NCBI GenBank assembly: GCA_002269645.1
Contig: NIVC01000947.1
Span: 62,001-126,000, forward strand
Source of the DNA: Macrostomum lignano
Lineage: Eukaryota
DNA: 64,000 nt
Reading direction: 5' to 3'
In this document: piece after piece, positions 34,630 to 48,500 of the stretch
Numbering within the stretch: position 1 is the stretch's first letter
How the letters are laid out: every line of letters starts with the position of its first letter
The notes under the pieces: model-generated
Seen by the model: only the letters and a program-made list of their open reading frames with translations
What the model was told of the DNA's origin: nothing
The model's database searches: none
Program-made: the position numbers and the translations under genes

Positions 34630-37362
34630 CAGATCTCACCCTGACATCTCACCTGACATCTCAACCTGTCTCACCTGATATCTCACCCTGTCTCATCTGA
34701 CATCTCACCCTATCTCACCTGATATCTCACCCTGTCTCACCTGACATCTCACCATGTCTCATCTGACATCTCACCTGACATCTCACCTGACATCTCACCC
34801 TGTCTCATCTGACACCTCACCCTGTCTCACCTGACATCTCACCCTGTCTCACCTGACATTTCAGCCTGTCTCACCTGATATCTCACCCTGTCTCACCTGA
34901 CATCTCACCCTGTCTCATTCAGATCTCACCCTGTCTCACCTCAGATCTCACCCTGTGTGAGCATTACTTAATGAGACGTAATATTCTAGCAATTAAAAAA
35001 ACTACTCGCACCGTACAACCATTAAATTCATCAACAAATACAGTAGATATTCTATCTATCGATAGAACCAATTTTCAGGGCACCGATCATGTTTCCACTA
35101 TACAAGCACTCTGGGCCACTTTTATAGTAACTCACTCTTATGCTAAAGGGGGTTAGAGACACAGTTTTGGTTTGCGATACAGACACTGGCCAGCCTAATT
35201 TGCAATGCTAAATAAAATTTTGCCCTGAATCATGTACGCACACATTCAGTGGCCTTGGATGTGTCTCTGGCAATGTCTTTCTATATTTTTGCTTTAACCA
35301 AGTGTGCTGTTGGTTAACTGTGACCCAGCAAAGCTGATGATGATGCTGGGTTGGTTTGTGAAGGAAATTGCAAGAGCAGCTGCATTGCCAGACTTCTTCA
35401 GCCATGGAGGACCGCAACCAGAAACTTGGACTGACAACTCTACGAAATTCTTTGGCGTTCAGACACCTCAGTAACCTCAGACACCGCAGAAGTTGAGATA
35501 CTGAGAAACTGAAAGCTTTCTAATGTTGCATAGCACAGTTGCAATCCAGGCTGCAGCTCTGGCTCTCCATGGACTTGCCCGGCTAATAATTGCTTTGCTG
35601 CACGTCCCCTAAAAGCAGACAAAAAACTTTGCTTGTCTCTATTATGAAAATAATGACAGCTCTTACAACTAACTGATCCAGGGTTGCTTTGCCTCATTAT
35701 TTGTCAAGCCAGGTGTGAAGCTGCTGGCCTCAGCACCGACACCTCATCAATCTGACCCCAGAAAAAGTGCAAATAATGCATGCAGCTGAGCTTTGATTTT
35801 TTTTGCTACAAGTTAGCAAAGCATTGAAGTGTGCGCGGCAGATTAAATTAAATCGTTAGTTTATAGTTTGCATAAAATAGTATTTCCCGTAAGGGAAATT
35901 TTTGGAAATTAATTAATTACACCGGCAGGTTATTGTTGGAAGTCAGTGCTGTGCAGTTTCTGCTTTGGGACTCTGTTTCCTGTTATGCTTCTTGTCTCAC
36001 CTGACATCTCACCCTGTCTCACCTGATATTTCACCCTGTCTCACTGACATTTTACCCTGTCTCACCTGACATCTCACCCTGTCTCACCTGATATTTCACC
36101 CTGTCTCACCTGACATTTCACCCTGTCTCACCTGACATCTCACCCTGTCTCACCTGACATCTCAACCTGTCTCATCTGACATCTCACCCTGTCTCACCTG
36201 ACATCTTACCCTGTCTCATTCAGATCTCACCCTGTCTCATCTGACATCTCACCCTGTCTCACCTGATATCTCACCCTGTCTCACCTGACATCTCACCCTG
36301 TCTCATTCAGATCTCACCCTGTCTCACCTGACATCTCAACCTGTCTCACCTGATATTTCACCCTGTCTCACCTGACATTTCACCCTGTCTCACCTGACAT
36401 CTCACCCTGTCTCATCTGATATTTCACCCTGTCTCACCTGACATCTCACCCTGTCTCACCTGACATCTCACCCTGTCTCACTTGACATTTCACCCTGTCT
36501 CACCTGACATTTCACTCTGTCTCACCTGACATCTCAACCTGTCTCACCTGACATCTCACCCTTTTTCTCATTCAGATCTCACCCTGTCTCACCTGACATT
36601 TCACTCCTGTCTCACCTGACCTGATCTCACCCTGTCTCACCTGACATTTCACCCTGTCTCACCTGACATCTCACCCTGTCTCACCTGACATTTCACCCTG
36701 TCTCACCTGACATCTCACCCTGTCTCACCTGACATTTCACCCTGTCTCACCTGACATTTCACCCTGTCTCACCTGACATTTCACCCTGTCTCACCTGACA
36801 TTTCACCCTGTCTCACCTGACATCTCACTCTGTCTCACCTGACATCTCACCCTGTCTCACCTGACATTTCACTCTGTCTCATCTGACATTTCACCGTCTC
36901 ACCTGACATTTCACTCTGTCTTACCTGAAATTTCACCCTGTCTCACCTGACATTTCACCCTGTCTCACCTGACATTTCACCCTGTCTCACCTGACATCTC
37001 ACCCTGTCTCACCTGACATCTCACCCTGTCTCACCTGACATCTCACCCTGTCTCACCTGAGATCTCACCCTGTGTGAGCAGTACTTAGTGAAGACGTAAC
37101 ATTCTAGCAATTAAAAAAACTACTCGCACCGTACAACCATTAACTTCATCACCAATTACAGTAGATATTCTATCTATCGATAGAACCAATTTTCAGGGCA
37201 CCGATCATGTTTCCACTATACAAGCACTCTGGGCCACTTTTATAGTAACTCACTCTTATGCTACAGGGGGTTAGAGACACAGTTTTGGTTTACGATACAG
37301 ACACTGGCCAGCCTAATTTGCAATGCTAAATAAAATTTTGCCCTGAATCATGTACGCACACA
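34630..37362. repeat. Local duplication: two copies of [22-bp tctcacctgacatctcaccctg array + ~290-bp unique unit]
   Basis: Arrays at 34630-34953 and 35993-37070; near-identical unique units at 34954-35244 and 37071-37362. Confidence 0.9.
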
Positions 37363-37599
37363 CATGCATGTTGGCGCACAAAATGGAAAAGTTAGTGAAA
37401 AAACCCAAGGCGAAGACTGAAGGATTAGCCGTAGATGGGGCCTTGACCAGCTCCCCATATGATTGATCACTGGGCCACAGGATAAAATGGCGAGCCTTTA
37501 TAAGTGAGCAACGAATTTAGTAGATTAGACTGGCGTAGGTTGAGGCTCGGTCATTTTCTAGTGATGCTGGGAGATGCTGTACTGGAGATGGGCAGAGAT

Positions 37600-38335
37600 T
37601 AGAGATAGGTGAGAAATGAAGAAATTAGAAATGGATAGATTAGGAGGAGATTAGAGATGGGGAGATTAGAAACGGAGAGATTAGAAAAGGAGAGATTAGA
37701 GATGGAGAATAAGATAGGGAGATTAGAGATGGGGAGATTGGAGATGTAGAGATTAGAGATAGAGAATAAGGGATAGGGAGATTGAAGATGGTGAGATTGA
37801 AGATGGTGAGATTAGAGATGGGGAGTTTAGAAATGGGGAGACTAGAAATGGAGAGATTAGAAATGGAGAGATTAGAGAGGGGAAGATTAGAGATTGATAG
37901 ATTAGAATTTGGGAAATTAGAGATGGCCGGATATTAGAAATGGAGAGATTAGAAAGGGAGAGATTAGAGATAAATAGATTAGAAAGGGGGAGATTAGAGA
38001 TTGATAGATTAGAATTTGGGAAATTAGAGATGGCCGGAGATTAGAAATGGAGAGATTAGAAAGGGAGAGAGTAGAGATAAATAGATTAGAAAGGGGGAGA
38101 TTAGAGATTGATAGATTAGAATTTGGGAAATTAGAGATGGCCGGAGATTAGAAATGGAGAGATTAGAAAGGGAGAGAGTAGAGATAAATAGAAATAGATT
38201 GGAGATGATTAGATTAGGGGTGAAGAGATTAGAGATGGATAGATTAGAAATAGTGAGATTAGATATAGGGGAGATTAGAGATGAGGAGACTTGCAGATTA
38301 TAGTTTGATGAGATTGTAAATGAGAGAGATTAGAG
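37600..38335. repeat. Degenerate purine-rich ~15-bp repeat (gagattagaaatgga)
   Basis: Direct tandem units with internal block duplication. Confidence 0.8.
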
Positions 38336-38357
38336 ATTCAAGACCGGCAGCACTTAC

Positions 38358-38520
38358 CAGTAGGAGTCCTGGGACTTATTAAGGAATGCTGCAGTCTTTT
38401 ATCCGACCAGAATCAGTTTGCATTGAAGAGGCGCAATTATTATTCGTGTTTACTCTGTTTACAATAACTGAGTGTAACTAGACCCGAGCTGCTATCAAGG
38501 CAAATTACCAGTCCGCTTGG
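38358..38520 (-). other. Candidate non-coding 5' exon of the protocadherin (5' boundary unknown)
   Basis: Consensus donor CTG|gtaagtg at 38357; the first coding exon is preceded by an acceptor (tgcttttag|, 31571) that needs an upstream partner. Confidence 0.3.
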
Positions 38521-38724
38521 CTTTAACAAACTGAAAGTTCAGCGGCAGGCTGGGGGTGTGTTGTCCTCACTGCCCTCTCATTGGTGGAGCGAGCCAGCAC
38601 TGTCCCGTGGGCCAGCCAATGGTGCAATACCGCTTGGGGGGAGGGTGAATGGGGGGCCATCCTAAAATGTTCAACTTTAGATTATTGGGATGTGTTTGCT
38701 ATAATCTGCGGCATATGATCTGAC

Positions 38725-39270
38725 TAGATTTGGCGTCGATAGATGTGGCGTCGATAGATCTGGCGCCAATAGATGTGGCGTCGATAGATGTGGCGTCGAT
38801 AGATGTGGCGTCGATAGATGTGGCGTCGATAGATGTGGCGCTGATAGATGTGGCGCTGGTAGATGTGGCGCTGGTAGATGTGGCGCTGGTAGATGTGGCG
38901 CCTATAGATGTGGCGCAAAAAGGAAATGTGGTGCCGATGGATATGGCGCCGATAGATGTGGCGCCGATAGATGTGGCGCCGATGCAAAATGTGGCACCAA
39001 CAGGGAATGTGGCGCCAATAGAAAATATGGCGTTAATAGATGTGACGCCAACATGGGATGTGGCGCCGATAAGAGATGTGGCGCCAATATGGGATGTGGC
39101 ACCGATATGGTTATTGGCGCCAATATGCGCTGTGGCACCAATATGGGAACTGGTGCCGAAATGGGGAGTGGCGCTAATATGGAGAGTGGCGCCGATATAG
39201 GGAGTGGCACCGATATGGGGAGTGGCGCCAATATGGCAAGTGGCGCCGAAATGGGGATTGGCGCCAATAT
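38725..39270. repeat. 15-bp minisatellite (atagatgtggcgtcg) grading into longer degenerate units
   Basis: Direct. Confidence 0.88.
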
Positions 39271-39689
39271 GGGTTTTGGCCTGAGCAATAAAAACTTATT
39301 TCTGCTCAGACAACAAAATGGCCCTGGCAGGACCAGCTCAGCTATTTAATTGCCATCAGCAGGTGAAAGAGTTCAGGTCAGGCTTTCTACTTAATTAGTT
39401 TAAATTTATATGCCGAATCGTCGCACGTTGATCGATGCGTCACGTGATCTGTTCAGTTCGAATGACGAGACATCTATTTTGCTCCTTTATTTTTTCTGCA
39501 TTTTAATTATAATGAAAAAAGCTGAAAACTAAATAACCAGCTACTAATTAGTCGGTTCTAAAAAATTGAGCAAAAGGATAAAAAAAGACTCAAAAAATTG
39601 GTGACTAAGTGAATTACATGGAATCAAAGGTTTTATGATTAATGCAAGCATGTGATTGGGTGCACTGTGGCTCATTCTGGGTCGTGAGA

Positions 39690-41325
39690 CAGGTAGTGAA
39701 AGACAGACAGACAGTGTGGGACAGGTGAGACAGACAGACACAGTGTGGGACAGGTAGAGACAGACAGACACAGTGTGGGACAGGTAGAGACAGACAGACA
39801 GACAGACACAGTGTGGGACAGGTAGAGACAGACAGACACAGTGTGGGACAGGTAGAGACAGACAGACAGACAGACACAGTGTGGGACAGGTAGAGACAGA
39901 CAGACAGACAGACACAGTGTGGGGCAGGTAGAGACAGACAGACAGACACAGTGTGGGGCAGGTAGAGACAGACAGACAGACACAGTGTGGGGCAGGTAGA
40001 GACAGACAGACAGACACAGTGTGGGGCAGGTAGAGACAGACAGACAGACACAGCGTGGGACAGGTAATGACAGACAGACAGACAGTGTGGGACAGGTGAG
40101 ACAGACAGACGCAGTGTGGGACAGGTAGAGACAGACAGACAGACACAGTGTGGGACAGGTAGAGACAGACAGACAGACACAGTGTGGGACAGGTAATGAC
40201 AGACAGACAGACAGTGTGGGACAGGTGAGACAGACAGACACAGTGTGGGACAGGTAGAGACAGACAGACAGACACAGTTTGGGACAGGTAGAGACAGACA
40301 GACACAGTGTGGGACAGGTAGAGACAGACAGACAGACACAGTGTGGGACAGGTAATGACAGACAGACAGACAGTGTGGGACAGGTGAGACAGACAGACAC
40401 AGTGTGGGACAGGTAGAGACAGACAGACAGACACAGTTTGGGACAGGTAGAGACAGACAGACAGACACAGTGTGGGACAGGTAGAGACAGACAGACACAG
40501 TGTGGGACAGGTAGAGACAGACAGACAGACACAGTGTGGGACAGGTAGAGACAGACAGACAGACACAGTGTGGGACAGGTAGAGACAGACAGACAGACAG
40601 ACACAGTGTGGGACAGGTAGAGACAGACAGACAGACACAGTGTGGGACAGGTAGAGACAGACAGACAGACACAGTGTGGGACAGGTAGAGACAGACAGAC
40701 AGACACAGTTTGGGACAGGTAGAGACAGACAGACACAGTGTGGGACAGGTAGAGACAGACAGACAGACACAGTGTGGGACAGGTAGAGACAGACAGACAG
40801 ACACAGTGTGGTACAGGTAGAGACAGACAGACACAGTGTGGGACAGGTAGAGACAGACAGACAGACACAGTGTGGTACAGGTAGAGACAGACAGACACAG
40901 TGTGGGACAGGTAGAGACAGACAGACACAGTGTGGGACAGGTAGAGACAGACAGACACAGTGTGGGACAGGTAGAGACAGACAGACACAGTGTGGGACAG
41001 GTAGAGACAGACAGACACAGTGTGGGACAGGTAGAGACAGACAGACACAGTGTGGGACAGGTAGAGACAGACAGACAGACACAGTGTGGTACAGGTAGAG
41101 ACAGACAGACACAGTGTGGGACAGGTAGAGACAGACAGACAGACACAGTGTGGGACAGGTAGAGACAGACAGACAGACACAGTGTGGTACAGGTAGAGAC
41201 AGACAGACACAGTGTGGGACAGGTAGAGACAGACAGACACAGTGTGGGACAGGTAGAGACAGACAGACACAGTGTGGGACAGGTAGAGACAGACAGACAC
41301 AGTGTGGGACAGGTAGAGACAGATA
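39690..41325. repeat. ~29-37-bp minisatellite (acagtgtgggacaggtagag + variable gaca)
   Basis: About 50 units; source of the spurious 540-600-aa ORFs. Confidence 0.95.
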
Positions 41326-41984
41326 GCAAAAACGACCAGTCAAACTTTAGAAACGAAGGAAAACTAATACAGAACAAAACCCTGCTTTGTTTCTCCCTAA
41401 TCAATATAGAATAATATGAGTATCTGAGCAGTCTCACTACAGTTACACTTTATAAGCAGGCTCCCCTGCCGCCAGTGCCGCATTACTGCATTGGATGAAG
41501 GAAATGAATCATATTTCATGCTTGAATGGGCAGGCCCCAAGTAATGCTGGGCTTTGGCGGTATTATATACTGCTCATATGTAGAATGAGACGCGCGATCG
41601 AGTTCCTAACACCCCAGATCACCGCTCGATACATGCGACTTTAAGGGGGATGGAGTGAAGCTAAAATATATTACAGCCTCCCTCTCTGTCTCTCTTGGCG
41701 TGGCGGACCCCCTTCATCAGCTGTGACCTCCCTTCGAGATCTGAGGACCGGCAGACAGGGCCCCGAGGGCGAACACACTGCAGAGAATCCAGTGAAGTTG
41801 GCCGCATCATTGTCGCTTAACTTGAGAGAAGGATTATGGAATTATGAGAGATGCTAACAACACTGTGCGAGTTGGAGCGAGTGGGTGTGGCACATTGCAG
41901 CGTGCCCTCGATGTACAGCTCACTGTAAATGAAAGTGCAACTGCGAACCCGGGAGACAAAAACAACTGCGAACCCGGGAGACAA

Positions 41985-42041
41985 AGACAGACAGACAGAC
42001 TGACAGGTAGGCAGACAGACAGACAGACAGACAGAAATACT

Positions 42042-42072
<31 letters not shown>

Positions 42073-42074
42073 GC

Positions 42075-42109
<35 letters not shown>

Positions 42110-42120
42110 CACAGACAGAC

Positions 42121-42165
<45 letters not shown>

Positions 42166-43435
42166 GACAGACAGACTGACAGACAGACAGACAGACAGAC
42201 AGGCAGACAGACAGAGACAGACAGACAGACCAGGGTTCAACCCCATAGGCTGATGTTTGAAGTACGAAGTCAGATTTGAGATGAGAGTGGCAGTTGAGAG
42301 TGAAGGTATAACCTGAATTCTAAACGACTATTTTTCATGGATTTCCCATCCGGCTTCCGAAACTCCAGGACATTCATGATGCAGTTTGTTTTGTTACTCA
42401 GCCTCTCTCAGGCCCCATCTGTTGCAGTTGCAGTGGCCGGGGTCGCGCGGGATCCGTATGAAATCGATCTCAAACAAATAAAAATATCTCTCTAGTTCGG
42501 AGGCTGCGAAGCTTCCCGATGTGAGCATAAATTGCTGACCGCGCGAGCTGGCGGGCTATAAAGGCTAATTATGACTTTTATGCGCCCTATGTTAGAGATT
42601 TAACCCTATTATTAGGGCTGCATGAAGCCGAACTTAAATTGGTAATAATAAAATACAGTGCTAGGAAAGTAGAGAATCATAGACTGAGGGATGATATTAA
42701 TAGAGAGACAGAAGGGGAGGGAGAGGACGAATGACGGGAGAGGGGAGGATATAGTGAGGGAGAGAGGGAGAGAGGGAGAGAGGGAGAGAGGGAGAGAGGG
42801 AGAGAGGAAGAGAGAGGGAGGGAGGGAGGGAGAGAGGGAGAGAGGGAGAGAGGGAGAGAGGGAGAGAGGAAGAGAGAGGGAGGGAGGGAGAGAGGAAGAG
42901 AGAGGGAGGGAGGAAGAGAGAGGGAGGGAGGGAGAGAGGGAGGGAGAGAGGGAGGGAGGGAGGGAGGGAGAGAGGAAGAGAGAGGGAGAGAGGGAGAGAG
43001 GGAGAGAGGAAGAGAGAGGGAGGGAGGGAGAGAGGGAGGGAGGGAGAGAGGGAGGGAGAGAGGGAGGGAGAGAGGAAGGGAGGGAGAGAGGGAGGGAGAG
43101 AGGAAGGGAGAGAGGGAGGGAGAGAGGAAGGGAGGGAGGGAGGGAGGGAGAGAGGAAGAGAGAGGGAGGGAGGGAGAGAGGGAGGGAGGGAGGGAGAGAG
43201 GGAGAGAGGGAGAGAGGGAGGGATAGAGGGAGGGAGAGAGGGAGAGAGGGAGAGAGGGAGAGAGGAAGGGAGGGAAGAGAGGGAAAGGACAGAGGAGAGG
43301 GAGATAAAGAGGGAGAGAGGGAGAGGGAGGTAAAGAGGGAGAGGGGGAGAGAGAAGCGAGGGGGAGGGAGATATAGGGAGAGTGAGAAAATAAGGGACAA
43401 GAGAGGAGAGAGAGAGGGAGAAAAGGAGAGGGAAA
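41985..43435. repeat. (gaca)n 41985-42230 and GA-rich low-complexity tract 42760-43435
   Basis: Direct. Confidence 0.9.
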
Positions 43436-44309
43436 TGAGTGGACAGAGCATGAAGGCAGTAGCAGTTGCCCATTCGCCCGTACGCGGAACGTCAGCCGGC
43501 CTTACAGAGAACCAATTAACTAAGAGAAGTCGAAAAAAGTTGCCACAAAGCTCACAGCTACAAGCCCGAATTTCGAAAAGGTGTCAACAAAAAGTACAAC
43601 TGTGCACTTTTCTCTATATCTGTGCAGTGCTCGGGGAGGATTCGGAGAAGAAAGAATTGTATCCTGTTTTCTCAGCTAGAGATGTTGCACTGGATGGCAA
43701 TTTAAATGCAGATTGGGCTAGCAGCCAACGCATCAGCTTATAACCCTGTCAATCTCGTTCTCCTCAGTGCCATCAGTCCATTCTGAGCACAAAGAACTCC
43801 AAACTGAAATTAGCACTACTGCAGCGGTTATGGCATCCCCCGCAAGTGTTAAACTATTGAATAAAGTTTTAAAATAATATTACTGTCCAACAAATTTCGA
43901 CGCTAATAAACGCTACTTGCCTACTTACAGTAAAATAAAAAACCGCAATGTTAAAAATTATTCAAGTCATGTGTAATAAAAAGTATGGTAATAGCTAGGG
44001 TTAGTTTTGTTTAACTTTGGTAATCTAATGAGCGCTTTATACTGAAAGTTGATTATATTATTATATTATTAATCCTAATAAAATATACTAAATTATTAAT
44101 AGAAGCAAAAGCTGCGCAGCTGGTAACGAGCGAAACATAGAAATTTATATACTACGAATTGCTAATACGAAAGAATACTATTATAACAAAGAATATAGTA
44201 TCAAACCGGTTTGTTTATAATGATCTAAGTCATAATATGACGTGGCATAAGTGTTGTCTTGTCTGACCAAGCAGCATATCGAGTGCCATATTATAAAAGG
44301 TCACGACTT

Positions 44310-44995
44310 CATCAGGGGAATCTCTAAATCTAAGGTCATGACCCCATCAGGGGAATCTCTAAATCTAGGATCATGACCCCATCAGGGGAATCTCTAAATC
44401 TAGGGTCATGACCCCATTAGGGAATCTCTAAATCTAAGGTCATGACCCCATTAGGGGAATCTCTAAATCTAGGGTCATGACCCCATCAGGGGAATCTCTA
44501 AATCTAGGGTCATGACCCCATCAGGGGAATCTCTAAATCTAGGGTCATGACCCCATCAGGGGAATCTCTAAATCTAGGGTCATGACCCCATCAGGGGAAT
44601 CTCTAAATCTAGGGTCATGACCCCATCAGGGGAATCTCTAAATCTAGGGTCATGACCCCATCAGGGGAATCTCTAAATCTAGGGTCATGACCCCATCAGG
44701 GGAATCTCTAAATCTAGGATCATGACCCCATCAGGGGAATCTCTAAATCTAGGGTCATGACCCCATCAGGGGAATCTCTAAATCTAGGGTCATGACCCCA
44801 TCAGGGGAATCTCTAAATCTAGGGTCATGACCCCATCAGGGGAATCTCTAAATCTAGGGTCATGACCCCATTAGGGAAATCTCTAAATCTAGGGTCATGA
44901 CCCCATTAGGGGAATCTCTAAATCTAGGGTCATGACCCCATTAGGAGAATCTCTAAATCTAGGGTCATGACCCCATTAGGGAAATCTCTAAATCT
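44310..44995. repeat. 35-bp minisatellite carrying the palindrome gggtcatgaccc, ~19 units
   Basis: Unit ggggaatctctaaatctagggtcatgaccccatca, just beyond the PGK 3' end. Confidence 0.95.
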
Positions 44996-45140
44996 GCAAG
45001 GTTTAGACAAGAAATCTCTCATATAAACTTCTAATAAGGTTAGGCTAAGCTCTAATTACGCTACGGTCTGTTGTCTAAAGCTACTGCGAGTAGTCATCAG
45101 TGAGTCAATATTTAGTTTCATAACAAACAAAGTGGGAGCT

Positions 45141-45563
45141 TCAAGCCGCATCAGACAGAGCCGTAACTCCAGGCATCGGCTTGCCTTCGAGCAGTTCAAG
45201 CGAGGCGCCGCCGCCGGTGCTGACGTGGCTGACTTTGTCCTCGGTGCCCCACAGGGCGGCGCAGGTAGCCGTGTCGCCGCCGCCAATGATGACGCAGGCG
45301 CCGGAGGCGGTGGCTTCAACGCAGGCGTCCATGGCCTGCTTGGTGCCAGTGGAGAAGCTGGCCCATTCGAACACGCCCATCGGCCCGTTCCACACGATGG
45401 TGCGGGCGCGTTTGATTGCGGCAACAAAGACTCGCATGGACTCGGGGCCGCAGTCCAGGCCCATGTGGCCGTCGGGCACGCCGCCAGAGGCCAGGCTGGC
45501 AGTGCCAACCGTGGCGTTCTCGGCAAACTTGTCCCCGATGACAAAGTCTACGGGCAGGTGCAC
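45141..45563 (-). CDS. PGK: PGK exon 5
   Basis: Acceptor ctccag|GTG; WNGPMGVFE and [13 protein letters not shown] motifs; TGA at 45143-45141. Confidence 0.96.
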   Translation of the reverse strand: MHLPVDFVIGDKFAENATVGTASLASGGVPDGHMGLDCGPESMRVFVAAIKRARTIVWNGPMGVFEWASFSTGTKQAMDACVEATASGACVIIGGGDTATCAALWGTEDKVSHVSTGGGASLELLEGKPMPGVTALSDAA

Positions 45564-48500
45564 CTGGAGGGATCCAGGGGGGGGGCAGATTTGAAGGAGC
45601 GTTTTTTGAACGAGTGTTTCTTCAAGGAATGACTCCTCAGGGACTGACTCTTCAGGGAGTGACTCCTCAGTCAGCGACTCCTCTGGGAGTGACTTCTAAA
45701 GGCACCGATGCTTCAGGGAGTTGAGGTGATGTTTCAGGGGAGATTATGCTACAGGCTAGAGTGATGCTTCAGGGGGAGTGATGCTTCAGGGAGGGGGGAG
45801 TGATTCTTCAGGGAAGAGTGATGCTTCAGGGAAGAGTGATGCTTCAGGGAAGAGTGATGCTTCAGGGGAGAGTGATGCTTCAGGGGGGAGTGATGCTTCA
45901 GGGGGTGATACTTCACGAGGAGTGATGCTTCAGGGTAATTCAGGTAATTGGAACACGATTTTTACCTGAACACCAAGCCGCTTGGCCTCCTCCATGACGT
46001 CCTTGACAACCGAGGACCCAGCCTCATCGTAGAGCGAGCTGCCGATGGGCATGTTGTGCAGCACCTTCAGAAAGGTGAACGCCATGCCGCCAGTGATAAT
46101 GAGCTCGTTCACCTTGCTGAGCAGGTTCTTGATTAGCAGGATCTTGTCGCTAACCTGGGGGTTGGGGATGACCAAACATGTTATTTGCCTGCTTGAGCCA
46201 AGACTCCAGTTAGACTTGATTCAGAACGGCTAACTACGACTCGCTTGTGTGAGTACCACCCTCAGCAGAACACTTGACCCCCCCCCCTAACAAAACACTT
46301 GACCCCCATCCTTACAGAACACTTGGCCCCCATTCTACAGAACACTTGACCCCCATTCTACAGAACACTTGACCCCCATTCTACAGAACACTTGACCCCC
46401 CATCCTACAGAACACTTGACCCCCGATTCTACAGAACACTTGACCCCCATCCTACAGAACACTTGGCCCCCATTCTACAGAACACTTGACCCCCATTCTA
46501 CAGAACACTTGACCCCCATTCTACAGAACACTTGACCCCCCATCCTACAGAACACTTGACCCCCATCCTACAAAACACTTGACCCCCATCCTACAAAACA
46601 CTTGACCCCCATCCTAAAAAACACTTGACCCCCATCCTACAAAACACTTGACCCCCACTCTACAGAACACTTGACCCCCATTCTACAGAACACTTGACCC
46701 CCATTCTACAGAACACTTGACCCCTCATTCTACAGAGCACTTGACCCCCCATCCTACAGATCACTTGACCCCCCATTCTACAGATCACTTGACCCCCATC
46801 CTAAGGAAACTTAACCCCCTCTCAATCCTACAGAACACTTGACCCCCATCCTACAGAACACTTGACAGCACCTTGGCCCCGCCCAGAATGGCCAGAAACG
46901 GTCGCTCGGGATTCTCCAGCGCCTTGGCAAAATACTGCAGCTCTTTGCGCATCAGAAAGCCGGAGGCGCGCTGCTGCAGCTGCACTCCCACCATGCTGCT
47001 GTGGGCCCGATGGGCGGTGCCGAAGGCATCATTGATGTACACGTCGCCGAGGCGAGTGAGCGACTGCCTGAAAGCTTCAATGGCGGCCTTCTCCGGCTTG
47101 AACTTCTTGCCATCAGCGTCCAGGCCGCTGCCCTCCTCTTCGGGGTGGAAGCGCAGGTTCTCAAGCAGGATGACGGTGCCAGGCGCTGGGTTGGCGCAGG
47201 CGGCCTCTACCTCGGCGCCAACGCAGTCAGTCAGGAAAGTGACTGGACGGCCCAGTTGGGCTTCAACTTCTTTAGCGATGGGGGCCAGAGAGTTCTTAGC
47301 CGATGGTTTGCCATCAGGCCTGCCAAGGTGGGACATCAGCACCACCGACTTGGCACCTTTCTCCAGGGCGTAGCGGACTGTTGGGAGAGCAGCCACGATT
47401 CTGCGGGATTGCAGAAGTGTTGGATTTTTTATTACACATGCTAGGCATCATCTGATTCCTAAGTAAAAGGTACAGTATATGCCTTTGTCACGGTGAAATT
47501 TCAAATTTTACTCCAATATTCTAAAAAATTCACACTCCCACATCCTCAACCTCACATTTGTAGATCTTTAACCTCACACTCCCACATCCAACCTTAACCT
47601 CACACTCCCATATCCTTAACCTCACAATCCTAAATCCTTAATCTTGCACTCCCAGATCTTTAACCTCACATTCCTAGATCATTAACCTCATACTCCTAGA
47701 TCATGTTGCAGGCCCCTTCGCTAGTTTATAATATCCCACCGACTTGTCACCAAGTTGTAGCAGGCCTGCTTCCTCTATCTCTCAGAATCCCACTAAGTGC
47801 CACAAAGTTGCCGTAGGGGTTCCTACTTCTAGCTTATAATTCCACAGCTGAATCACCAAGTTGTTGCAGGCCTTCTGGCTCTCTCTATTTAATTCTAAAG
47901 TTTAAACACTGAACTGTACTAAAACTGCTAAATTTGCTATTTCTAAGAATCCTATTTCTATGCTTATGTGTACTTTTACATTATGGGCTATCGTCACTAC
48001 GAGTTACCCCTGGTAGCTTCAGTGCCCGAGCGGCAAGACACTGCTGACTACTGTTAAATTCCTAAAATTATCCAGTCCAAACACGGCGTTTACCACAGAC
48101 CGAGGGGTTTCCGGCTTCCTTTATTACTGTCTCTCACGACTTAGAACTGCATCACGCTAATCTGAGCAACCTGAAAATTCTCCCTTCCTAGGTAATCCAA
48201 CCCTTCTACACTGGGTATTCCACCCTTTGTACTGGGTATTCCACCCTCTTTACTGGGTATTCCACCCTCTTTACTAGGTATTCCACCCTCTTTGATCAGC
48301 AATCCCTGCTTGTCACTGTACTGGCAAAACGCTTTCTGCTGTCCAACACGGTAACTTAGTTTGCAATACTGCTTCAAAGGACTAATTCAGAAGAACCAAG
48401 AAATCTTAATTTCCTGTTAACTGATTAGGAACCCAAAAGGTTGAGGTTTCGTTTTATTTTGGCCTTGTATTTATACTAGTTAGAGTCTTGTTTCATTGGC

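Noticed and set aside
39544-41437. 540-607-aa ORFs
   Set aside because: Translations of a stop-free minisatellite, open in all three minus frames; no coding signal.
42612-43743. GA/CT-rich ORFs (RE- or SLP-rich)
   Set aside because: Low-complexity purine tract.
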